This document shows, in pieces, positions 56,423-64,000 of a stretch of 64,000 bases of DNA. A model generated the notes under the pieces. The model was not told the DNA's origin. It saw nothing but the letters and a program-made list of their open reading frames with translations, and did no database searches. Every line of letters begins with the position of its first letter. The first letter of the stretch is position 1. The translations under genes were made by a program, and so were the position numbers. The stretch comes from Spirochaetia bacterium (lineage in GTDB: Bacteria; Spirochaetota; Spirochaetia; CADAEX01), in NCBI GenBank assembly GCA_045606105.1, contig JAZURI010000001.1, forward strand, positions 64,001 to 128,000, read 5' to 3'.

Positions 56423-57010
56423 TCAGAATATCAGGAAAATTCCCCAGGAAAACAGAAGCACGAAGCCCATGAAGGCAAAGCCCCTGCCGGTGGTTCTTGT
56501 TTCGGATTTCTTTCCGGAGAAACCCTCCGAGCCGTATATTTCCATGAATCTCCGGTCTATGGATTCTATAATCTTTCCCGGAGTAAATTTTATCCTTTCA
56601 GCAGTTATCATGTCGAAAAAGGAGAGCATCTCCCCTACAAGCCTTCCTGCAGAGCCGGGTACGGAAAGCCCCCTGCTGACTGCAAATTTTGAAATCATCA
56701 CCATTCCTGTCAGGACAAGTCCTTTCCTGAGGCCGATAAGAAGGGCTGTTTCGGTTACCGGAAAACCGCCGGCTCTGAACAGGACCTTTCCCATAGGCTC
56801 CAGAACAGAAAAAAATGTGATGAAAACTATTATCAGTACCGAAGGAAGAAGCTTTACCTTTCCGGTTTTCATGTAATTCAGAGCTGTGAAAAAAAGGACC
56901 GTAACTGCTGCCGCTGCCGCATTGTCCTGAAAAACCAGGGCCGGAAGGGTGAGCATGGTGAAAATGAAAAGGACGGAGGGGGAAATTTCACTGCGGATAA
57001 ACCTATTCAT
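56423..57010 (-). CDS. Membrane protein, EcfT-like
   Basis: Multi-TM, P.GKVLF, G..KG motif; downstream of Gx transporter. Confidence 0.6.
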   Translation of the reverse strand: MNRFIRSEISPSVLFIFTMLTLPALVFQDNAAAAAVTVLFFTALNYMKTGKVKLLPSVLIIVFITFFSVLEPMGKVLFRAGGFPVTETALLIGLRKGLVLTGMVMISKFAVSRGLSVPGSAGRLVGEMLSFFDMITAERIKFTPGKIIESIDRRFMEIYGSEGFSGKKSETRTTGRGFAFMGFVLLFSWGIFLIF

Positions 57011-57515
57011 GAAGCCTCCTGAACCATACCGATTTTTTCATGAAGTTTTCTGTAAAGATTCCCAGAAGGACAGCTGAAACCGCCCCTGAAATCAGCAGCA
57101 CCGGGGCAATGTACCTGGTTGCATTTCCGAATATGACGAAATAGGCAATAAGAAGCTGTGCAACGTTATTGGCAGCCGCCCCGGCAAGACTGAGCCCCAC
57201 TGCGGAAACATGCTTTCCGAAAACCCTGAAAACCAGCATCATGGCCAGAGCCGAAGCCAGGGTTCCTCCTGTGGAAAAAAGAAAGATGTAGGAGAAAAGG
57301 GTTCCCGTAACCAGTCCCTGACCCACCACCTTCAGAAGTACCAGAATCATTATTTTTCTGTACGGAAGGAGAAAAAGGGAGAGAATGACAGGCAGGTTGG
57401 CCAGCCCCAGACGCATGAAGGGAAGGGGTTTGGGTACTGCATATTCCACCGCTGCCAGAAAAAGGCACAGGGCGGCCAGGAAAGGGAGCAGCTTCTTATC
57501 GGTCCGTGATTCCAG
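57003..57515 (-). CDS. Gx transporter family (heptaprenyl diphosphate synthase component I-like); probable CTG start
   Basis: E..VPKPLPF.RLGLAN, S.GG..AS, GA..NN.AQ; frame extends to CTG 57515 behind GAAGGGGG. Confidence 0.8.
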   Translation of the reverse strand: MESRTDKKLLPFLAALCLFLAAVEYAVPKPLPFMRLGLANLPVILSLFLLPYRKIMILVLLKVVGQGLVTGTLFSYIFLFSTGGTLASALAMMLVFRVFGKHVSAVGLSLAGAAANNVAQLLIAYFVIFGNATRYIAPVLLISGAVSAVLLGIFTENFMKKSVWFRRLHE

Positions 57516-57858
57516 CTTCGCCCCCTTCCACCGTTACAATGATACGGTTCGGCAGACAGGCCAGAAAGTCTCCGTCGGAGGCCGCCTTCCCCATATGTAT
57601 GCATATCTTGTCCCTGCACGGTGAATTGTTGAATTCTATGTAATTGTCCTTTATTGTCAGATGAGCTTCTCCCAGCATGCCGGTAAGAACGATTTCACGC
57701 TCCTTGTCAAGAGGATAGATGTATTCGGAATCCTTTACCTTTATGACAGCCTTTGCTTCCGTACCGCCCCTGTCGGAAAGCATCAGGAGGGAAGCTGCTA
57801 TGAGAATTACGGAAACAGCGCCGAAAAGAATGTCTGCAGGTTTCAGGAAAAGCTTCAC
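57496..57858 (-). CDS. NusG domain II-containing protein
   Basis: SPCRDKIC.HMG......ACLPNR. Confidence 0.85.
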   Translation of the reverse strand: MKLFLKPADILFGAVSVILIAASLLMLSDRGGTEAKAVIKVKDSEYIYPLDKEREIVLTGMLGEAHLTIKDNYIEFNNSPCRDKICIHMGKAASDGDFLACLPNRIIVTVEGGEAGITDR

Positions 57859-57961
57859 AGGATAATTATATCATATCATCTAAGAGAAATAATAGTCTTG
57901 TATTAAAAGATATTTTATTATATTTTGATATAAATCAATTAATTAGAGAGGTTTACCTGTT

Positions 57962-60250
57962 ATGAAGAGAAGATTGATCACATCAGCACTTCCTTATGTA
58001 AACAATATCCCACATCTGGGAAATCTTATACAGATGCTTTCGGGCGATGTATTTGCCCGTTTCTGCCGCAGCCGCGGATACGATACGCTCTATATCTGCG
58101 GAACCGATGAATACGGAACAGCCACCGAAACCAAGGCCCTGGAGGAAAAGAAGACTCCGAGAGAACTCTGCGACTACTATTTCAAGGAACACACACAGAT
58201 CTATGACTGGTTCAAGATAACATTTGACAAGTTCGGACGCACATCCAACGAGGAATGTACCGAAATCACTCAGATGCTCTACAAGGATCTGGAGAAAAAC
58301 GGACTTATCCAGGAGCACACAAACAAGCAGCTTTTCTGCCCTCAGTGCAACATGTTCCTTTCAGACCGCTATGTAAGGGGAATCTGTCCTAAGTGCGGCG
58401 CAGACGATGCCAGAGGAGACCAGTGCGACGGATGCGGTTCCCTTCTCGACCCTACAGACCTGAAGGAGCCAAGATGCTCAACCTGCGGTGCCACACCTGA
58501 AATCAGGGAGACAAAGCACCTGTATATCAATCTCCCTGAACTCAGCGGAAAGCTGGAAAGCTGGATGGAGACAGTCAGCAAGGAAGGAAAATGGTCAGAT
58601 AATGCCATCAACATCACCAAGGCGTGGATCCGCGACGGTCTTAACGAGAGAGCCATCACCAGAGACCTGAAATGGGGAATTCCCGTTCCTCGTCCGGGCT
58701 ATGAAGACAAGGTTTTCTACGTATGGTTCAATGCTCCTATCGGATATATCTCCATTACAAAGCAGCTTGCCAACGAGCTTGCGGCCCAGGGCAAGGAAAG
58801 CTTCGACTGGAAAAGCTGGTGGATTCCCGAAGAGAGCGAAGAGGCAAAAGGCAAGGAAAAGGTTGAGCTTTTCCAGTTTATCGGCAAGGACAACATCCCT
58901 TTCCACACAGTTATTTTCCCATGTACACTTCTGGGCTCCGACCATAACTGGACCAAGCTCCATCACATGAGCTCCTCCGAATATCTCAACTACGAGGACG
59001 GCAAGTTCAGCAAATCAAGAGGTATCGGAGTTTTCGGAACAGATGCCATTTCCACAGGCATTCCGGCCGATGCATGGAGATTCTATATTTTCTACAACAG
59101 ACCTGAAAAATCAGACTTCCAGTTCACATGGAAGGATTTCCAGGAAAAGATGAACAGCGAGCTTATCGGAAATCTGGGCAACCTGGTTAACCGTACACTC
59201 CTTTTTGTAAACCGCTACTACGAGGGTAAGATTCCTCAGGCTCCTGTGGATGAAGAACTCTGGAGCGAGATCAGGAAAAAGGAAGCAAGAATCACAGAAC
59301 TTCTGGAATGGGCAGAGCTCAAGGAAGCATTTCACGAGATGTTCTCCATTTCCGACATCGCCAACAAGGCATTCCAGGCAGCAGAGCCATGGAAGACACG
59401 CAATACAGATCCTGAGCTGGCAGCAAAGCTTATCTACAACCTCAGCTATGTTATCCGCGACCTTATGATCATGATGAATCCATATCTTCCTCAGTACACT
59501 GAAAAGGTTCTTTCATATTTCGGCAAGGAAAGCTTCTCCTGGGATGAAATCGGAAAGCTCGAAGGGCTCGATACAGTGGGACCTACAGAAGTTTTCTTCA
59601 CCCCTATGGACAAGAAGACAATGGAAGCCTTCAGAGACAAGTTCTCCGGAAGCCAGAAGGAGAGAAAAGAGGAAAAGCAGCCTGAGCAGAAGAAGTCCAA
59701 GAAAAAGGAAAAGCCTCCTGTTGAGGACGAGGTTCTCCCATTTGACCAGCAGGCCCCTTTCTTTACCAAAAATATCCGCCTGAAGGTGGCAAAGATCGTA
59801 AGCGTGGAACGCAATCCTGAAAGCGACAAGCTCTACATCGAGCATCTCGATGACGGCAGCGGAGAGGACAGGGTAATCCAGAGCGGTCTGGTTCCTTATC
59901 TTACACCGGAAGAACTCATGGGCAAGCACATCATCCTGGCCGACAACCTTAAGCCTAGAAAGATGAGAGGTGTGGAAAGCCGCGGTATGCTTCTTGCTGC
60001 AGACTACAAGGATGCAGACGGCAAGGAATGTGTTGAGGTCCTCACAGCACCTTGGGCAGCACCGGGAACACAGGTTGTTCTTGAAGGCGACGACCCTGCA
60101 GGAATCAAGCCGGACAATATCGATGCAGGCCTTTTCTTCAGTATCGAGGTAAATGTTGTGAACAAGAACGTTGAAATCGGCGGAAAGAAGCTGGTGGCAG
60201 ACGGCAAGATCCTTACAACAGAAAAAACAGAAAACGGCGGAGTTCATTAA
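57962..60250 (+). CDS. metG: Methionine-tRNA ligase
   Basis: ALPYVNN.PHLGN, GTDEYG, zinc knuckles, KFSKS, C-terminal tRNA-binding domain. Confidence 0.97.
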   Translation: MKRRLITSALPYVNNIPHLGNLIQMLSGDVFARFCRSRGYDTLYICGTDEYGTATETKALEEKKTPRELCDYYFKEHTQIYDWFKITFDKFGRTSNEECTEITQMLYKDLEKNGLIQEHTNKQLFCPQCNMFLSDRYVRGICPKCGADDARGDQCDGCGSLLDPTDLKEPRCSTCGATPEIRETKHLYINLPELSGKLESWMETVSKEGKWSDNAINITKAWIRDGLNERAITRDLKWGIPVPRPGYEDKVFYVWFNAPIGYISITKQLANELAAQGKESFDWKSWWIPEESEEAKGKEKVELFQFIGKDNIPFHTVIFPCTLLGSDHNWTKLHHMSSSEYLNYEDGKFSKSRGIGVFGTDAISTGIPADAWRFYIFYNRPEKSDFQFTWKDFQEKMNSELIGNLGNLVNRTLLFVNRYYEGKIPQAPVDEELWSEIRKKEARITELLEWAELKEAFHEMFSISDIANKAFQAAEPWKTRNTDPELAAKLIYNLSYVIRDLMIMMNPYLPQYTEKVLSYFGKESFSWDEIGKLEGLDTVGPTEVFFTPMDKKTMEAFRDKFSGSQKERKEEKQPEQKKSKKKEKPPVEDEVLPFDQQAPFFTKNIRLKVAKIVSVERNPESDKLYIEHLDDGSGEDRVIQSGLVPYLTPEELMGKHIILADNLKPRKMRGVESRGMLLAADYKDADGKECVEVLTAPWAAPGTQVVLEGDDPAGIKPDNIDAGLFFSIEVNVVNKNVEIGGKKLVADGKILTTEKTENGGVH

Positions 60251-61209
60251 TGGAAAAATCCTTCCTCCAGAGCAGCTTATGGGCCTCTTTCAAATCTGCT
60301 TTCGGCTGGAAGGGTTATACCTTTGAATTCGGCGGAGAAAAGATAAACGTACTGTTAAGGCGTTTCGGAAAGATTTTCTCTCTGGCCTATATACCCTATG
60401 CCCCTGCCGACGACAGCAGGATCGGGGAGCTTTCCCGCTACCTGAAAAAGCAGCTTCCGGCAGGGTGTATTTTTATCAGATACGATTTTCCGTGGTTTAC
60501 AGAGCAGGAAGGCTCCTGGAAAAGCAGCCCGGCCGTAAAAAAGGGCTTTTTCAAGGCATCCCTGGACATACAGCCCCCATCCTCCGTACAGCTTGACCTG
60601 ACCTTATCCGAAGCAGAGCTTCTCAAGGGAATGAAGGACAGAGCCAGACGCAACATCAGGACCGCCGAAAAACGGGGCGTCAAGGTAGAAGTCTGCGGTG
60701 TGGACAAGCTCCCTCTGTGGTACGACCTTTATAAAGAGACTGCGGAAAGGGACCGTATCTCCATTCACGGATTCAATTATTATCAGAAGCTGTTCCTGCT
60801 GGCGGCAGAGCAGAAGGATATCGAAGCAAGGCTTTATCTTGCCTCTGTTGAGGGGGATGTCATAGCCGGAATCATAACTATATTCAACGGCAGGGAAGGA
60901 ATATACCTGTACGGTGCCTCCTGCGGAAGAAAACGGGAAACCATGCCGGCGTATGCACTTCAGTGGCAGGCCATAAGAGATGCTAAGGCATCAGGCTGCA
61001 CTTCCTACGATTTTTTCGGAATACCGCCGGCCCCGGACGAAAATCATCCGATGTACGGTTTATATTGCTTCAAGACAGGATTCGGAGGGCGTATTATTCA
61101 CCGTCCGGGTTGCTGGGACTATCCTTGCAGGCCTTTACTGTACCGTATGTATCGCCTGGCAGAGGCTGCGCGCCGGTACTACTACAAGACCTTCAGAAAA
61201 AAACACTGA
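60250..61209 (+). CDS. FemABX-family peptidoglycan peptidyltransferase
   Basis: FLQS..W..FK...GW, R.NIR.A.K.GV, YLYGAS, YDF.G, FK.GFGG. Confidence 0.88.
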   Translation: MEKSFLQSSLWASFKSAFGWKGYTFEFGGEKINVLLRRFGKIFSLAYIPYAPADDSRIGELSRYLKKQLPAGCIFIRYDFPWFTEQEGSWKSSPAVKKGFFKASLDIQPPSSVQLDLTLSEAELLKGMKDRARRNIRTAEKRGVKVEVCGVDKLPLWYDLYKETAERDRISIHGFNYYQKLFLLAAEQKDIEARLYLASVEGDVIAGIITIFNGREGIYLYGASCGRKRETMPAYALQWQAIRDAKASGCTSYDFFGIPPAPDENHPMYGLYCFKTGFGGRIIHRPGCWDYPCRPLLYRMYRLAEAARRYYYKTFRKKH

Positions 61210-61215
61210 TTTCAG

Positions 61216-62187
61216 TTATTTGATGATGGTATATTCTTCTTTTATTTTTTTCTCAAGAGACATATATACACGATCGTGGGCTCCTTCAAGAGTCATAAAA
61301 CCAGTCTGTCCTTCAATATGATAGGTATCCGGAACTGAACCTGTTTCATTATCCTTCATTGTTATTTCCATAAAATATCTGACCATTTGATTAGGATTGC
61401 CTTGAAGCTTGAAGGGTTCAATATTTACTTCACATGAAATTTCGAATCTTGCCGGATTGTATACTGCTATGCAGCCCATTTCCTGTACTTTTTCTGACAG
61501 GGCTTTCTTGAGTCTGCCGTGTCTGTCTCCCGGATTTCCGGTTACCGAAACAAAAACAGGTGCTTCCTGCATAAGGAGGGAAAGTTCCTTCTCTATTTCC
61601 TCAGGAGAAAAAACCATATCCTTGGCCAGTTCTGCCGTATTAAAACTAAGGACTGAAAGGATTGTTATATAATCATTCTGTTTCCCGGCCAGTTCTGCAC
61701 CCTTTTTATAATTGTAACAGTTAATAAGAGGATTTTCATCTTTTCTGAGAAGAGCTGAAATATCCCTGAAAAGCTGTTCAGTTTTCCTGTAATAGATTCC
61801 CGCGGTTTTTTCCTTGTCAAGAACGGCCAAAGCGTAGCACTTGCCGTCAGAAGAAGTCCATGCCTGTTTTATTTCTGCACCGGAAAGAAATTCCATATTG
61901 GTGCTGAGTGAAACGTTATGATTTATGCTTGTTTTATGTTCTCCTGAATCTGCCATGTACCTGGAGGCCTCTGTACGGGAATCTACGCTCTGACCAAAAA
62001 CAGAAGCAAGTGCCTTTATGGCATCTGCTTCCGCTGTTTTCCTGTCTCTGCCGATTCCGGTTGCTGTAAGATATCTTTCATCATACAGTCCGGATGGATT
62101 ATTAATCCATTCCGGAGGTACCTCTCCGAATGCAGTTGAGCATCCAAACCATAAAATAAGAATCAGAGAAGAGAGGTATTTTTTCAT
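61216..62187 (-). CDS. LPP20-like exported protein
   Basis: P.WI....., A.G.G....A...A...LA motif after signal peptide. Confidence 0.65.
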   Translation of the reverse strand: MKKYLSSLILILWFGCSTAFGEVPPEWINNPSGLYDERYLTATGIGRDRKTAEADAIKALASVFGQSVDSRTEASRYMADSGEHKTSINHNVSLSTNMEFLSGAEIKQAWTSSDGKCYALAVLDKEKTAGIYYRKTEQLFRDISALLRKDENPLINCYNYKKGAELAGKQNDYITILSVLSFNTAELAKDMVFSPEEIEKELSLLMQEAPVFVSVTGNPGDRHGRLKKALSEKVQEMGCIAVYNPARFEISCEVNIEPFKLQGNPNQMVRYFMEITMKDNETGSVPDTYHIEGQTGFMTLEGAHDRVYMSLEKKIKEEYTIIK

Positions 62188-62189
62188 GC

Positions 62190-63770
62190 TTATTCCTGGC
62201 ACTGTACTGTCAGAAGGTTAAGCTTTCCTGCTTCTATCTTAACAGATTTTGTTACAGGTTTAATTGATGTACCTGGGAAGCTGATAGTTACATTATATGG
62301 TCCGGGTGCGATTTCCAATGCTCCTGCATGTACTTCCGCAGGGAAGAAGTGAGTTCCTCTGATATCAGCCTTGTCATTTTCATCGATTTTTTTGAGTGTT
62401 GTATCAAGAACCTTTCCGGCTGCCATTGATGCTCCGGCTTTGGCAATCGCATTCATGTCTTTTGCTTTATACATTGCCCCTACGTAAGTAGCTGCTGCCG
62501 CGATATACCTTGTTGTGCTTCTGAATTTGCTTCTCTTTTTATCAAATTCAATATTTTTTTCCATACATGCGCTTGAGATGTCGTTTACATTTTCGATAAG
62601 GTCAAGTGTAACTACCTTGTCCCCGATCTTGATTTCGCATGTTTTTGCTTTATAGTCGCGTGGTTCAAGAACTGTGTAGTCATACTGCATGTTTCTTTTT
62701 GAAAGACCACCTGTAAGAATGCTTGTAATTTCACCCGATGCAACAGCAAGCTGCTTGACTGCAGGAACTGATGAGAGTCCTTCTACTATTGCATTGATCG
62801 GTGTAGTCATTTCTTCTGAAACTCCCTTTTTTTCAGCCATAAGTCCCATAAGAGCCACTACATTGAGGCGAGCCATTCCATTAGGAACATCTTTTGTTTC
62901 TTCTTTTACGGCATCAAGAGTTGCTGCATATTTGGTTTCACCTTTGTAACTTTCCTGTTCATATGCTTCTTTCATTTTTTTGTAGAAATAGTCTCTGTTT
63001 TCTCCCTCTCTGTGATCATTGTATTTGTTGTAGATGAGTGCAAGGTAGTTTGCCAATGCTGAATTGCTGAAAACAACTCCTGCTGCTTCTGGAGCTTTAC
63101 TGTCGCTTGGGGAGGCTTCGTCAATTTTTTCTAAAAGTTTATTTTTGTACTCATCCATTTTACGAAGCATGTGTCTGATATTCTTGAGATCCACGAATGC
63201 ATCATCTGCGGTTTCAGAGTTATCCATTTTGGCAAGGGCATTAAAAATTACCGCATACATATCCTCATAGTCGTATGTTACATAATCTGTGGAATAAGGA
63301 TCAAGAAGCAGTGTTGAAAGTTCAACCTTGTCTGCATTGTTATATTTTTCTTGAAGCTTATGCATATCAGCAGCAACATCGTTGAAATGATTGACAGCTT
63401 CAGCCTTGTTTCCGGCATACAGCTTGATCATACCTGCATCTATGTTGTAGATGTCATCAGAACCGAGAGAATTTCTGTTTGTTTCTTCGGAAAGAAGGCT
63501 ATAAGCTTCTTCGTAGTTTCCGGCATTCATTGCCTCATTTATAGCTGCCAGGTAATCACCTGATTTTGCCTTCTTTGATTTGGCAGTTTTTTTCTTATTT
63601 TTTTCCTTTGCTTTTTCTCCCTTTTTCTGTTCCTTTTCACTCTTCTTGTCCGCTTTTACGGTTTTTTCATTTTTTACTGTATCATTCTGTACAGCACCCT
63701 TTGTTGTTCCGCATGATGCAAGAAATGTTGCACATAACAGAATCAGAAGTCCTCTTTTGATAAACTTCAT
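62190..63770 (-). CDS. TPR-like lipoprotein (COG3014-like)
   Basis: Lipobox LASC; Y...YE, ADIR....P motifs. Confidence 0.65.
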   Translation of the reverse strand: MKFIKRGLLILLCATFLASCGTTKGAVQNDTVKNEKTVKADKKSEKEQKKGEKAKEKNKKKTAKSKKAKSGDYLAAINEAMNAGNYEEAYSLLSEETNRNSLGSDDIYNIDAGMIKLYAGNKAEAVNHFNDVAADMHKLQEKYNNADKVELSTLLLDPYSTDYVTYDYEDMYAVIFNALAKMDNSETADDAFVDLKNIRHMLRKMDEYKNKLLEKIDEASPSDSKAPEAAGVVFSNSALANYLALIYNKYNDHREGENRDYFYKKMKEAYEQESYKGETKYAATLDAVKEETKDVPNGMARLNVVALMGLMAEKKGVSEEMTTPINAIVEGLSSVPAVKQLAVASGEITSILTGGLSKRNMQYDYTVLEPRDYKAKTCEIKIGDKVVTLDLIENVNDISSACMEKNIEFDKKRSKFRSTTRYIAAAATYVGAMYKAKDMNAIAKAGASMAAGKVLDTTLKKIDENDKADIRGTHFFPAEVHAGALEIAPGPYNVTISFPGTSIKPVTKSVKIEAGKLNLLTVQCQE

Positions 63771-63773
63771 TTT

Positions 63774-64000
63774 TTAATCTCCTCTATTTTTTGATTTTTT
63801 GATTTTTTTCTTTACTTTCTTTTCAGAACCGATAACTTTCTTGATGTCCTTGTTTTCACCTTTCCAGATAAGTTCTCCGGTTTCAATGTCCACCATTTCA
63901 GCAAATACAAAATAGGTCTTGACAGCAATATTGATATCTGTATCCACAATAGTTTTTACAGAGCCGGTGAGGATAAGGTCGGGAATAAGCTCGTTTGCTG
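63774..64000 (-). CDS. LpoB/CsgG-like lipoprotein C-terminus (5'-truncated by window)
   Basis: DLILTGSVKTIVD......YFV.AEMVDIETGELIW.GE..IKK. Confidence 0.7.
   Translation of the reverse strand, partial: ANELIPDLILTGSVKTIVDTDINIAVKTYFVFAEMVDIETGELIWKGENKDIKKVIGSEKKVKKKIKKSKNRGD

Noticed and set aside
1-64000. CRISPR array or rRNA
   Set aside because: No regularly spaced repeats or rRNA-like sequence observed

Overview
Bacterial chromosome segment, most likely from a spirochaete (Treponema/Spirochaetaceae-like; inferred from the housekeeping gene set). Positions 2341-36272 hold an apparently complete ~33.9-kb transposable (Mu-like) prophage with a lambda-type non-contractile tail. It has exact TG...CA ends, a 5-bp TTTAT target duplication, and splits one host zinc-ribbon membrane gene that rejoins in frame. 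The layout is unusual: repressor/ner/transposase sit in the middle, lysis-terminase-portal-MuF-methylases run leftward, and protease-capsid-tail run rightward. Both late arms carry identically built putative Mor-type promoters. Most striking is the left arm. The MuF gene carries a C-terminal CdiA-like nuclease domain, and its N-terminal 74 codons have no start codon; it looks translated as a portal-MuF-nuclease fusion via an A9 slippery site plus hairpin. No immunity gene follows it; instead there is a promoter-flanked ~75-nt antisense structured RNA candidate. Next come a poly-G frameshifted DNA methylase and a second cloverleaf RNA candidate before a Dam-family methylase. The host part has tRNA-Leu(CAG), housekeeping genes (rsmE, ctpA-like, lgt, pta, mtaB, metG and others) and a 2199-aa secreted coiled-coil protein with a toxin-like C-terminus plus a coupled candidate immunity gene. 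All family assignments are from motif recognition by eye, not database searches.
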